Origin: Octopus vulgaris
Lineage: Eukaryota
Direction of reading: 5' to 3'
NCBI GenBank assembly: GCA_951406725.2
Contig: OX597828.1
Coordinates: forward strand, 37,076,001 to 37,140,000
DNA: 64,000 nt
Shown: in pieces, positions 13,311 through 26,532 of the stretch
How positions within the stretch are numbered: the first letter of the stretch is position 1
How the letters are laid out: the number at the start of each line of letters is the position of its first letter
The notes under the pieces: model-generated
Databases searched by the model: none
The model's input: the letters and a program-made list of their open reading frames with translations, nothing else
What the model was told of the DNA's origin: nothing
Position numbers and translations under genes: made by a program

Positions 13311-15599
13311 ATATATATATAAGAAAGAGCAAGAGACAGACAATCAGACAGACAGGTAAGCTAACTGCCAGAATATTACCAACGGTTTCGCGCTAAATAT
13401 TTCGATATTTCAGTATTTCTAATATGTAAAATGCATGTGTGTATGTTTGTGTGTATGTGTGTGCGTGTGTGCGTTTATGTGTGTGCGTTTATGTATGCAC
13501 GAATAATTTATAGCTGGACATTCCTTCGTTTGTATTACTAATGTCCCTTTTTTAGAATCGAATTCTAAAACCTTTTACTCATAGTGATTGAGTTATCAGT
13601 CATGTGTCTTCCTTCAATCACGACTGCTTTTTTTTTAAAAGAAGAATCTATGTGTGTGTGATTGGTAGCTATGGTAAGAACGTGCCTTCTTGTTTCGTTC
13701 TCCATTTTCGCTTTCGTGTCCTGCCCGTGTCTCATTTCTAATTATTTCGCCTCTCCTCATTGAACAACAAAGTGCATTCTCTTCCCTTCATCTTACACCG
13801 AGCCACTAAACCTTCGAAGCGAGCCAACCTTCAGTATGTCCGCGTTCCTTAATCCAGGGCCTCATATCTGTTTATTACTAGCAGCGCCCCTTCTCCTAAT
13901 ATGATGCTAATCTTTGTTATCACTGGTCTATCATTCTGTCACTCTGCCATACTCAGCCCGAAAGATTTTCTCAATCCATCTACTCTGCAGTAACATCTGT
14001 CCTTTCATCTGGGACATCACTACCCTTCACAGTTCACGATTCATTTTCAAGTCGCTGACTTTCCCATGTGCTCCCAATAATGTAAATCACTACATTGTAA
14101 TGTCCAAATGAACCTGACGGATTTGTATTGGAGACAATGTAGCATCGGATCTCTTAAACCTGTTGCATAGCATTTAAAATCTCCCCGGTATTCTTACTAC
14201 CAACCGGTCACACATGGGCTTTCATGAAAAATAACGCTTTTTCTTCTTCTTCTTCTTCTTCTTCTTCTTCTTCTTCTTCTTCTTCTCCTCTTTCTTCTTC
14301 TTCTTCTCCTCCTCTTTCTTCTTCTTCTCCTCCTCTTTCTTCTTCTTCTCCTCCTCTTTCTTCTTCTTCTCCTCCTCTTTCTTCTTCTTCTTCTCCTTTT
14401 TCTCCTTCTTCTTCTCCTTTTTCTCCTTCTTCTTCTTCTTCTTCTTCTTCTTCTTCTTCTTCTTCTTCTCTTTCTTCTTCTTTTTCTTCTTCTCCCCCTT
14501 CTTCCACCAATGCTCGAAGGTTGCCTACCGTCCAACTATAAGTTACGCTCTTCTGTGGCAGAAACCACATATCTACTGCTTGTTCCGGTATCCTTTACAT
14601 CCACATTGACTTTCAGATTATGAAGTATGTAATATTGTTTTAGTTCACTTTCCCGCTTATTCCATCCCCCCACTACCATTCTTTTCTGTTTTAATAAACA
14701 CCTTTGCTCGAAACATTGATATCTCCTCATTTTCATGCAGCTTAACAACTAATTTTTTGGTTTCTGTTGTTCTTTTTTAACCATATTTATTCATGGAATA
14801 AACATGCTTGTCACAAGGAGTTAAATCTCAGTGTCACACCTTTAACGGTATAACGCAGACGACAACGTGAACAGCATCTAGAAAAAGGAAGGAAATATAA
14901 AACAATAAGGACACACGATTTAACGAGTAAGATGAGCTACAGCGGCAAATTTGTGTTTGCTTTGCTTTCCTGTCCATCGTATATTTGGCACCTCGACGCC
15001 ATTTTCCATCTGCGTTTGCGGTGATGGTGGTGGTGGTGGTGGTGGAGGTGTGTGTGTGTGTGTGTGTGTTGGTGGAGAGGAGATGAGCTTTTGTATACAG
15101 TACAATATCAGTGGCAGCTTTTGAGCTGTTAAAACGACTGTGTGAATGAAATTGCCATCTGGGATATGAAAAGTAGGGAAGAAAAGGGAAGGAGAAAGAA
15201 AGAAATAGAAAGAGAGAGAGAGAGAGAGAGATAGGGATATATATGCATGTATGTATACATATATACATACATACGTAAACGTACACTATGTACATAAATG
15301 TATACACATATATAAGTGTGTGTGTGTGTGTGGGGGGGGCGTGTGTATGTGCATAAAATCAGCTAAAGTCTCCAAGGAGTTGATGAGATGCAGCGTAAGG
15401 AAAACAAAAATATAAATAAGAGCAATAAATTCCACCACCACCACCACCACCACCACCACCACCACCACCACCACCACCACCACAACAACAACAACAATAA
15501 TAGTAATTGTAAAACTGATGATGATGATGAGGATGATGATGATGATGATAACAACAACAACATTAGCAAGAACAACATCAGCAACAACAACAGCAATAA

Positions 15600-15640
<41 letters not shown>

Positions 15641-15831
15641 ATCCTTTACTCTACTATAGACTCACAGTTCGAAATTTGGGGGAGGGGGATAATCGACTAC
15701 ATCGACACCAGTGTTTTGCTGGTACTTAATTCATCGACCCCCGAAAGGATGAAAGGCAACGTTGACCTCAGCAGAATTTGAACTCAGAACGTTGCGATAG
15801 GCGAAACGTTACTACTACTACTACCTCCACT

Positions 15832-15892
<61 letters not shown>

Positions 15893-16248
15893 ATTATAAT
15901 AATGATAATAATGATAATAATAATAATAATAATAAGAAGAATATTTTTGTTTTGCTACGATGTCAACGTACGAGATGAATTTACAAGTACAACAACTTCG
16001 TGAACCGCTGGCAGTGTTATGATATTCTTTACTCTTTACTCTTTTACGTGTTTCAGTCATTTGACTGTGGCCATGCTGGAACACCGCCTTTAGTCGAGCA
16101 AATCGACCCCAGGACTTATTCTTTGTAAGCCTAGTACTTATTTTATCGGTCTCTTTTGCCGAACAGCTAAGTTACGGGGACGTACACACACAAGCATCGG
16201 TTGTCAAATGATGTTTGGGGGGTGGGACAAACACAGACACACAAGCAA

Positions 16249-16279
<31 letters not shown>

Positions 16280-16585
16280 ATTCAATAAAAATGGTAAATA
16301 ATTTTCCTGTGGTTTATCATGTAACCAACAATTATTTACCGGTAAATTTCGGTATGTAAATACGACAAATTAATTGTCAAGACCTTTGTAAGGTTCAGTA
16401 TATAGTAAAGAAAAAATAAGAAGGTTAACAGCAGGCTGTTTCACCTCATACCGAAGGAATTAGAAATGGCAGTCAAAGACCGTTTTTCCAATTTCTATAA
16501 GTGGAGAATCCAAAAACGAAGGCCCTTACGGCTCACATACACAAAACCGGAGTGGCAAATATACGAATTCAATCACTTACCGTTA

Positions 16586-16650
16586 ATAGCGGACATATGT
16601 TTCTGGATCGCAAACGTGGAAAACAGTTTGAATTCCGTCATCGGCGCTAT
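16586..16650 (-). ncRNA. Type I hammerhead ribozyme (U4C variant), copy 1
   Basis: Minus strand: atagcg-CCGATGA-c gga att caaac..gtttg cga tcc a-GAAAC ATAT GTC-cgctat. 6-bp stem I and a palindromic stem III. Confidence 0.7.
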
Positions 16651-17133
16651 ATTCGATAGTTTTACTAAATGCCACTAGCCCTCACTTCTGACCCAGCAAC
16701 ATCAGATAGTGGGGGGAAAGTGCAGATGTTAAAACTAAGTGGCGACTGGGAACGTAAATTTTCCCTCCAAAATTCTGCCATGCGCGCTTTCTGGGTAATC
16801 GTAATGGAATGAGGAATCCACATGGTAATTCAATAAAGATGGTAAATAATTTTCCTGTGGTTTATCATGTAACCAACAATTATTTACCGGTAAATTTCGG
16901 TATGTAAATACGACAAATTAATTGTCAAGGCCTTTGTAAGGTTCAGTATATAGTAAAGAAAAAATAAGAAGGTTAACAGCAGGCTGTTTCACCTCATACC
17001 GAAGGAATTAGAAATGGCAGTCAAAGACCGTTTTTCCAATTTCTATAAGTGGAGAATCCAAAAACGAAGGCCCTTACGGCTCACATACACAAAACCGGAG
17101 TGGCAAATATACGAATTCAATCACTTACCGTTA

Positions 17134-17198
17134 ATAGCGGACATATGTTTCTGGATCGCAAACGTGGAAAACAGTTTGAATTCCGTCATCGGCGCTAT
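17134..17198 (-). ncRNA. Type I hammerhead ribozyme (U4C variant), copy 2
   Basis: Same sequence as copy 1, offset by 548 bp. Confidence 0.7.
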
Positions 17199-17514
17199 AT
17201 TCGATAGTTTTACTAAATGCCACTAGCCCTCACTTCTGACCCAGCGACATCAGATAGTGGGGGGAAAGTGCAGATGTTAAAACTAAGTGGCGACTGGGAA
17301 CGTAAATTTTCCCTCCAAAATTCTGCCATATATATATATACATATATATACCACAGGCTTCTTTCAGTCTCCGTCTACCAAATCCACTCACAAGGCTTTG
17401 GTAGGCCCGATGCTAAAGCAGAAAACACTTGCCTAAGGTGCCACGCAGTGGCACTGAACCCGGAACCATGTGGCTGGTAAGCAAGCTACTTACCACACAG
17501 CCACTCCTGTGCCT

Positions 17515-18383
17515 ATGCATTATTTATTTATGAAACACATCATAGCAGTAAAGAGGTAAACATAGAAAGCTGTCGCATTAGGGAGACATTCACCTTAGTG
17601 CAAGTGGAGAGCTCCACATATATTTAGAACTGACCTGTAAGCAAAACCAACAGCCGACACTCACCATCTTGCCAACCCTGTGTCAACCTCGTTTTAAGTT
17701 CCATAAAGCTGGATACCATGCAAGGGATGCGACTATCAAACCTCTGCTGTCCTACGTAGACATTTATAAAGCAAACAAAGAATGGTGTCTCCACTACCAG
17801 AAGTGGGACAATGGAATAATGTCATCTTCTCTAATGAATCCTCATTCATCCTATATTTCCTCACCTCAATGACATGGGTTCATGTCTGGAGATAGCCCCA
17901 ATAAACCTTCAACCGTGATTGTTTGCCCTAGCATTTAGTCTCCATGGAGGCTTTTCTGAGATTATTTGCGCTGCCATATCATGGAATTATCTGTATGATT
18001 TAGTTGCTCTACATGGCAGAGTTAACGCCAAAGATTAACTGAGTAATTTGTCTAATCATCTCCAACTCCTAGTTACAGTTATAGTTCCGTAATGGCAGCG
18101 CAATCTTCTATGACGATAATACACCGACTGACAAGTCCAATTTGATTCAAGGACCAAAACAGTGTCGTTGACCATGTGGATTGCCCCCTCCCCCACCATT
18201 CCTCCCACCCATCCACTAGTCACCAAATCTCAATGCACTCATTTATAATCAATTGTTGCCTTTTGGAGTATCATAAGAGAAACCGCTTGCCCCTGCAACC
18301 GGCGCTACAGGAGCGAAAGTAAATTTTACTTGAAGAATGGTTCGAAATTACCCACAAGGTGTTGCAATAATTTTGTCCATCCA

Positions 18384-18386
<3 letters not shown>
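17515..18386 (+). pseudogene. Tc1-like transposase remnant with right terminus
   Basis: FHKAGYHAR...KPLLS...EWCLHYQKW and WNNVIFSNESSF (Tc1 VIFSDES motif), IFYDDN, SPNLN. Ends ttttgtccatccactg followed by TA. Confidence 0.75.
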
Positions 18387-18419
<33 letters not shown>

Positions 18420-18546
18420 GTATATATTTGTATATACATACAACTACGCATCATACATACATTAACAAGCACACACACACACACAATATAATACTTTGAA
18501 TATTTATCAGATCTACTTGTGCAAGCTATATACATGTATGTATGTA

Positions 18547-18608
<62 letters not shown>

Positions 18609-18611
18609 TAT

Positions 18612-18810
18612 AGTAAATCCAAACATGAAGGGAAAGCACAACAACGTGAGGGCGTGGAACAAGTATAGTGTTATTAGACGCTCAGGAAAGGAAAGAAGGG
18701 AGGATTCAACGTTTCGAGCGGAGATCTTCGTCAGAAACATAGAAAAGGAGAGGCCCAAGGGAGGGAAGACAGAGAAAGAAAATCGCCAACGATACACACG
18801 CGATCACATG
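18612..18810 (-). mobile_element. PLE pseudo-LTR-like fragment with a minimal HHR-like motif
   Basis: Minus strand CTGACGA-agatctccgctc-GAAAC GTT at 18704-18738. The downstream ctgagcgt motif is shared with the 40500 fragment. Lies between microsatellites. Confidence 0.5.
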
Positions 18811-18836
18811 TATGTATGTATGTATGTATGTATGTA

Positions 18837-20123
18837 CGAGGGGCGTACAATAAGTAATGCCCCTGACCCACTTCCCATAGTAGTAGAGCAACGAAACTTG
18901 ACATAGTTATTAGTCTTTTTCTACATAGGAATCACCCAGAGTTACGTATTTCTCCCATTGTTTGATGCAGCTCTGAAGACCGTTTTTGTAGAAGACCCCA
19001 GCTTGGTCCTCCAACCATGACGTGACTTTAGAAATCAAGGCTGCATCATCTGGGAAACGCTTTGCTTTCAAAAACAACTTCATGGCTGGGAAGAGGTGAA
19101 AATCAGAGGGTACAGGTCAGGAGAGTAGGAGGGATGGGGGATGAGTTCATAGCCGCACGCCTGAGCTTCTGATCTGGCGACACGCGAGTTGTTGATCGGA
19201 GCGTTGTCCTGCAGGAGAATGCCTTTGCTGATCTTGCCCCGCCTCTTGATTTTGATAGCTTCTCTTAATTTCCTCAAAAGTGAAGCATAATAGACTCCTG
19301 TAATTGTGGAACCCTTTGCCAGGAAATCTGTCATCACTACTCCGTCCTGGTCCCAGAAGACTGTGAGCATGACCTTGCCAGCGGAGAGTTGCACCCTTGC
19401 CTTCTTTGGAGGGGGTGAGTCACGGTGCTTCCACTGCATTGACTGGGCTTTGGTCTCTGGATCATAGTGATGGACCCAAGTTTCATCCTGTGTAATCAGT
19501 CTTTCGAAAAATTTTGACTCATCTTCTTGGCACATCTTCAAATTCATCCTCGCGCAATCGACGCGTTCTTGCTTCTGGAAAGGTGTGAGCAACTTGGGAA
19601 TCCATCTGGCAGACACCTTTTGCATATGAAAATGGTCATGAATGATAGTTTCCACAGACCCGGTACTAATCTTGACCTCATGGGCTATTTGGCGAATAGT
19701 TATGCGTCGATCTTCCAAAATGGCAGCCTCAACTTGACGAACAGATGCCTCATCAATGGCAGAAGGGGCGACCAGATTTGGGAGCTGTTTCCACAAAGTT
19801 CCGACCATGTTTGAATTCACGATGCCAGCGTTTTACAAGGTCATATGATGGGGCATCATCACCATAAGTTACTTTCATTTCATCAAAAGTCTCCCATGGT
19901 GTGCGTCCTTTCAAATACAAAAACCGGATCACTGCTCGACACTCAACAGGCTCCGTTTCACACTTGACTCAGTACAAACACCTGTAAATCAGAAACCACA
20001 ATTAGTTCAGAGCTGTAATTTGTCACTTAATCTATAGAGATATAAATAATTGCACATGCAAAATTTCAGCTAGATCAAACAACTGCAAGTGGGTCAGAGG
20101 CATTACTTATTGAACGCCCCTCG
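18837..20123 (-). mobile_element. Full-length mariner transposon (about 1.29 kb)
   Basis: TIRs cgaggggcgtacaataagtaatgcccctgacccactt / aagtgggtcagaggcattacttattgaacgcccctcg, with TA duplications at 18835-36 and 20124-25. Confidence 0.95.
18910..19956 (-). pseudogene. mariner transposase pseudogene
   Basis: The start codon reads ACG; N-terminus EPVECRAVIRFLYLKG...KSGRP is followed by a frameshift. Motifs WIPKLL, QDETW, LQDNA and YSPDL are present; ends YVEKD*. Confidence 0.93.
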
Positions 20124-20125
20124 TA

Positions 20126-20270
<145 letters not shown>

Positions 20271-20279
20271 TGTGTGTGT

Positions 20280-20480
20280 GGAGGCGTAATGGCCCAGTGG
20301 TTAGGGCAACGGACTCGCGGTCGTAGGATCACGGTTTCGATTCCCAAACCGGGTGTTGTGAGTGTTTATTGAGCGAAAACACCTAAAGCTCCACGAGGCT
20401 CAGGCAGCGTGGTGGTGGCGATCCCTGCTGTACTCTTTCGCCGCAACTTTGTCTCACTCTTTCTTCTTTTGGTAACAACA
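20280..20480 (+). mobile_element. tRNA-derived SINE family C (tRNA-Arg-like head)
   Basis: ggaggcgtaatggcccagtggttagggcaacggactcgcggtcgtaggatcacggtttcgattccc: A-box and B-box with a TCG anticodon-like loop, followed by a non-tRNA body. Confidence 0.8.
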
Positions 20481-20497
20481 TAGCCTGGTCGGTCACG

Positions 20498-20590
<93 letters not shown>

Positions 20591-20990
20591 TGCTATGTAG
20601 ATATTGACGAATATTCAAACTAATTCTAGATAAAAAAAATTAAACTCTACATCAGATGTTCAGTCCTTTCATCTGTCTGTCTGTCTGTCTCTCCTGTCTC
20701 AGCTTTTTAAATGTATGTTATATGTGTATGTGCGTGTTCGTGAGTGACCACGTATATATATTAATTTCTACGTACACCTAATAATGGTTTAAAATACAGC
20801 ACAAAACCAGCAATTTAGGAGTAGGAATACCTCGATTGCATCGATCCCCAGTGTTTAACTGGTACTTAATTTGTCGATTAAGTATGGATATGAACTCAAC
20901 GTAAAAACGGACGGAATGCTGGCTCGCCGCCCTAAGTATACATAGATACATATAAGAAATAATAATCATTATATATATATATATATATAT

Positions 20991-21926
20991 ACGAGAAAAG
21001 AAGCAACAAGAATGGATTAGTTTTTAGTACAATTGTTTCATACAAAGACAGGCTTTATTAAAAGTTGCAAATATTGCAGCAGATAAGAGACTTTAAGAGA
21101 CTTTTTTCTGTGTAGAGGGTTACCTGCGACCCTTTCCCTCTCAGTTGTCACAGTATACCCTATGTGGGCGTTTTTTCTTTTTTTCTTTTCTTTTTTCTTT
21201 TTTCTTTCTTCTTTTTTCTTTTTTCTTATTTTCTTTTTTTCTTCTCTTTTTTCTTTTTTCTTTTTCTTTCTTTTCTTTTTTCTTTCGTCTTCTCTTCTCC
21301 TTCCTTTTCTTTTCTTTGCTCCACAAAATTCCTTCAGCCTTTAGAAGTCATAACATAGCAGTTTTGTGATGAGAACAGTAATGTGGCAAATACCTTATAA
21401 AATAGCATGAAATTATACCCACCTCATTGTGGATTAACCATGGATAAATTCATCGCCTGTGAGTATGAAATACCTCCTCATATCTCTGAAAGTTACACCT
21501 ACACTATGGATGGATTAAGCTTCTGTGTGAAGCTAATAAGCTTTTTTAAAACCTGTGATAAGACTGTGCATCATCATTAAAGAACTTTGGAAGTCTGTTT
21601 ACAACCTGAATCTGCTTTTAATGAAATTATCTCCAATACTTCATGAGCGTAGCCTCACCCACTAAGATGTTTGGAGAACTCATATGTGTTTTAGCTGATG
21701 AGTACGGGACACTTTTATCTGCTGCAATATTTGCAACTTTTAATAAAGCCTGTCTTTGTATGAAACAATTGTACTAAAAACTAATCCATTCTTGTTGCTT
21801 CTTTTCTCGTTTATAATCACCCCACACTACTGTATTGGTTAACACCATATAGTTTTCTGGTGCATCTAAGTTAAGTACCACATTCAAGTGAATTCATTAG
21901 AATTGACTTGAATCTTAATTGCTTTT
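20991..21926 (+). mobile_element. PLE/retrozyme-like insert with a 96-bp inverted duplication
   Basis: 20991-21086 is the reverse complement of 21715-21810. Bounded by (TA)n; internal polypyrimidine tract at 21171-21317. Confidence 0.7.
21689..21779 (+). ncRNA. Type I hammerhead ribozyme
   Basis: ttttag-CTGATGA-gtacgggaca...tgtctttgtat-GAAAC AATT GTA-ctaaaa. Canonical core, 6-bp stem I, palindromic stem III; predicted cleavage after 21773. Confidence 0.8.
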
Positions 21927-22175
21927 ATATATATACATATATATATATATGAGTGTAGTGTGTGTACACATACATATAACTGTATACATTTATGTCAATA
22001 CGTATGTTTGTGTGTGCGTCTGCGAGGATGTGTCTATGCGAGTGAAATATATGTCCGTGTACAGCTAATTACAAAGCAAACATCAACATATCTATTTTAT
22101 ACGCATGTACAATCATGCATATAAACAATTTTGTTAAACAATTATTCATAGTCTAGTGACGAAGATAATCTTTGT

Positions 22176-22280
<105 letters not shown>

Positions 22281-22753
22281 GGATAGACGCAAGTCAAATG
22301 GGCTCCAAGTAAGTTGGTAGTTTTCTACGTTTAAAATTGTTGATTGTCAAACATTTTATGTCTAAAAGGTGTACAACAACACCCAACACATACTTTCATT
22401 AACATCCACACAAAATTTTGCCCTTTGTGGGCAAAATTAAAAAAAAATTCTCAAAGGCTTCGTGATTTTATTTTAGCCATTTTTGGGGCCCTTATAAATC
22501 CAATATTAAAATTGACTTCGATATGAATCGAATCTTCGTTATATCTTAGAGGCAATATGTCTGAAAATAAAAAAAATTATAAAAAAATGAAGAAAAAAAA
22601 AGCCCGGAGAAATGGCTGCAAAAAAAAAGAATTGTTTTGTTTGGGCAGACGTCGGAGGTAAACACCGCCACCACCACCAAAACCATGACCACCACCACAG
22701 CTACAACCATTACCAGCACCATCACCACTACTATCTCAAACAACACCACCGCC

Positions 22754-22785
<32 letters not shown>

Positions 22786-23018
22786 AAGCCTTCATTGTAT
22801 TGCAGCAGGTAAAAGAGAAGGGAGGTCAGCATTATCGAAGTCCCCCACCCAACCCCCGACCCCAGCACCAGAGATTGAGGTTTACGAAAGATCCTGAGTC
22901 AAGTGAAAACTCTTCTTCTTCCCGATATGTTGCTGCTATTTCATAATGCCTCTGCCATACTCACGCAAACAACGCCTGGTTCCTAATTCTAGAGAAAATC
23001 GGTCGTATTAAATATATT

Positions 23019-23052
<34 letters not shown>

Positions 23053-23175
23053 CCAACCCTCACGAAAGCCTAATCGAACAGGTCTATGATCGAAGACATC
23101 CAGTCGTGAGCAACCCAGCATTTATTCAGTGACCTTTATATAAAAATAACAGCCAACAGAAGTGTTGGTAGAATT

Positions 23176-25589
23176 GTGGGTCGGTTGGCTGGCTGGTCGG
23201 TTGGTTAGCAGACTGTTGGTTGGTTTGTCGGTTGGTTGATTGGTTGGTTGGCTGGTTTGTCGGTTGGTCAATGGTTGGCTGGTTGGCTGGTTTGTCAGTT
23301 GGTTGGCTTGTTGGTTGGTTGGTCGGTTGGTTGGCTCGTTGGTTGGTTTGTCGGTTGGTTGACTGGTTGGCTGGTTTGTCGGTTGGTTCGATGGTTGGCT
23401 GGTTTGTCGGTGGGTGGGCTGGTTGGTTGGTTTGTCGGTTGGTCGTGGATCGGCTGGTTGGTTGGTTTGTCGGTTGGTTGGTTGGTTGGTTGGTTTGTCG
23501 GTTGGTCATGGGTTGGCTGGTTGGCTGGTTTGTCGGTTGGTTGGCTGGATGGTTGGTTTGTTGGTTGGGTGGGCTGGTTGGTTGGATTGTCAGTTTGTCG
23601 TGGAACGGCTGGTTGGTTGGTTTGTCGGTTGGTTGATTGGTTGGTTGGCTGGTTTGTCGGTTGGTCATGGGTTGACTGGTTGGCTGGTTAGTCAGTTGGT
23701 TGGCTTGTTGGTTGGTTGGTCGGTTGGTTGGCTCGTTGTTTGGTTTGTCGGTTGGTTGGCTGGTTGGTTGGTTTGTCAGTGGGTGGGCTGGTTGGTTGGT
23801 TTGTCGGTTGGTCGTGGATCGGCTAGTTGGTTGGTTTGTCGGTTGGTTGGTTGGTTGGCTGGTTTGTCGGTTGGTCATGGGTTGGCTGGTTGGCTGGATG
23901 GTTGGTTGGTCGTGGGTGGCTGGTGTGGTTGGTCTAACGGTTGGCCGTCGGTCGGCTGTTTGGTTTGTTGGTTGGGTGGCTACTTGGCTGGTTTGTCGGT
24001 TGGTCATGGGTTGGCTGGCTGGCTGGTTTGTCGGTTGGTTGGCTGGTTGGTGGGTTTGTCGGTGGGTGAGCTGGCTGGTTGGTTTGTCGTTTGGTCGTGG
24101 ATCGGCTGGTTGGTGGGTTTGTCGGTTGGTTTTGCTGGTTGGTTGGCTAGTTTGTCGGTTGGTCGTGGGTCAGCTGGTTGGCTGGTTTGTCGGTTGGTCG
24201 TGGGTCAGCTGGTTGGCTGGTTTGTCGGTTGGTTGGCTGGTTGGTTGGTTTGTCGGTGGGTGAGCTGGTTGGTTGGTTTGTCGGTTGGTCGTGGATCGGC
24301 TGGTTGGTTGGTTTGTCGGTTGGTCGTGGATCGGCTGGTTGGTGGGTTTGTTGGTTGGTTAGCTGGTTGGTTGGCTGGTTTGTCGGTTGGTCGTGGGTCG
24401 GCTGGTTGGCTGGTTTGTCGGTTGGTTGGCTGGTTGGTTGGTTGGTCGGTGGGTGGGCTGTTTGGTTGGTTTGTCGGTTGGTCGTGGATCTGCTGGTTGG
24501 CTTGTTGGTTGGTTGGTCGGTTGGTCGTGGATCGGCTGGTTGGTGGGTTTGTCGGTTGGTTAGCTGGTTGGTTGGTTTGTCGGTTGGTTGATTGGTTGGT
24601 TGGCTGGTTTGTCGGTTGGTCATAGGTTGGCTGGTTGGCTGGTTTGTCAGTTGGTTGGCTGGTTAGTTGGTTGGTCGGTTGGTTGGCTGGTTGGTTGGTT
24701 TGTCGGTTGGTTGACTGGTTGGCTGGTTTGTCGGTTGGTTGGATGGTTGGTTAGATTGTTGGTGGTTGGGCTGGTTGGTTCGTTTGTCGGTTGGTCGTGG
24801 ATCGGCTGGCTGGTTGATTTGTCGGTTGGTTGGTTGGCTGGTTGGCTGGTTTGTCGGTTGGTCATGGGTTGGCTGGTTGGTTGGTTGGTCGTGGGTGGCT
24901 GGTTGGTTGGTTTGTCCGTGGGTGAGCTGGCTGGTTGGTTTGTCGGTTGGGCGTGGATCGGCTGGCTGGTTGATTTATCGGTTGGTTGGTTGGTTGGCTG
25001 GTTTGTCGGTTGGGGTTGGCTGGTTGGTTGGTTGGTCGTGGGTGGCTGGTGTGGTTGGTTTATCGGTTGGCTGTCGGTCGGCTGGTTGGTTTGTTGGTTG
25101 GTTGGCTACTTGGCTGGTTTGTCGGTTGGCCGACCCACTGGTTGGCTGGTTTGTCGGTTGGTTGGCTGGTTGGCTGGTTGGTCGGTGGGTGGGCTGGTTG
25201 GTTGGTTTGTCGGTTTGTCGTGGATCGGCTGTTTGGTGGGTTTGTCGGTTGGTTAGCGTGTTGGTTGGCTGGTTTGTCGATTGGTCATGTGTTGGCCGGT
25301 TGGCTGGTTTGTCGGTTGGTTGGCTGGCTGGTTGGTTTGTCGGTGGGTGAGCTGGTTGGTTGGTCATGGAACGACTGGTTGGTGGGTTTGTCGGTTGGTT
25401 AGCTGGTTGGTTGGCTGGTTTGTCGGTTGGTTGTGGGTCGGCTTGTTGGCTGGTTTGTCGGTGGGTGAGCTGGCTGGTTGGTTTGTCGGTTGGTCATGGA
25501 TCGGCTGGCTGGTGGGTTTGTCGGTTGGTTAGCTGGTTGGTTGGCTGGTTTGTCGGTTGGTCGTGGGTCGGCTGGTTGGTTGGTTTGTC
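23176..25589. repeat. Degenerate (GGTT)-based satellite, about 2.4 kb
   Basis: Recurring ggtttgtcggttggttggct and ggtcgtggatcggct blocks; the + strand is very low in A. Confidence 0.95.
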
Positions 25590-26459
25590 ATTATACAAAC
25601 ACATACTGCGATTTATATATTCTCGATATGCATATATATATATATATATATAAATATATATATGTACATGCACAGAGAGAAATACAGGCACATGCTCACA
25701 CAGATATACACAAACACGCACACACACGCACACGCATATATTTATGTATGTATATACATGCAGAAGAGAAGATTGATTGATAGGAAATACATAAAATGAC
25801 AGTCGGGTAATTTGAAAATTGTACATAGAGTGAACCTTTTCTCCCCACGCATAAGATGTATGAATAGACGAGTTTGGATAGAAATAAATGGCTGCGTACA
25901 TATGCATATCAAATAGATATAGAGATATGGAAATATCTGCACACATGCATATATATTGGTATGTTCTATCCCTACACATTTCATACGCTTATTTGCAGTT
26001 AAGTCATTATGTGTATGTGTAGGTGTGTAGAAGCGTATGTGTGAAAGTTTGTGTGCATATATATATATATATATACATACATAAATACTTAAACATATAT
26101 ATGTGTGTGTGTGCACACCATACACCCATACTTATATATATAACTTTATAAATGCATTCATATATATGTATGCATAGACGTATACGCATGTTGTTTTATA
26201 TATCTCATACATACACACACATATGCATATATATATATGTATATATATGTATATATATATATATATATATATGTATCTAAATGAATATATATATATGTAT
26301 GTATGTGTATATATATGTATGTATGTATATATGTATGTCTGCACACACGTACACACATGTATTTTACATACATAAACATCTCATACATACATATATGCAT
26401 ATGTATATGTATATATATGTATATATATATGTATATGTATGTATATGTATATATATATG

Positions 26460-26532
<73 letters not shown>

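Larger units (their letters stand above)
16278..17329 (-). mobile_element. 548-bp tandem (about 1.9 units) hammerhead-bearing insert, retrozyme- or PLE pseudo-LTR-like
   Basis: Units start taattcaata at 16278 and 16826 and are nearly identical (about 3 substitutions seen). Flanked by (TA)n on both sides. Confidence 0.8.
16025..17513 (-). mobile_element. SINE family B split by an insertion into its internal (TA)n
   Basis: 3' half at about 16025-16255 and 5' head/CORE half at about 17352-17513, in the same order as the intact copy at 34273-34671. Confidence 0.85.

Noticed and set aside
13680-14760. Possible decayed retroelement coding sequence around a (TTC)n tract
   Set aside because: No motif could be recognised with confidence.
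16466-17226. Duplicated 70-aa ORF MAVKDRF...
   Set aside because: The duplication reflects the 548-bp tandem. The ORF is antisense to the hammerhead and has no recognisable homology.
20280-20352. tRNA-like sequence
   Set aside because: Imperfect cloverleaf that continues into a SINE body; called a SINE head rather than a tRNA gene.
23126-25653. W/L/V/G-rich and Q/P/T/N-rich ORFs
   Set aside because: Stop-free frames of the GGTT satellite.
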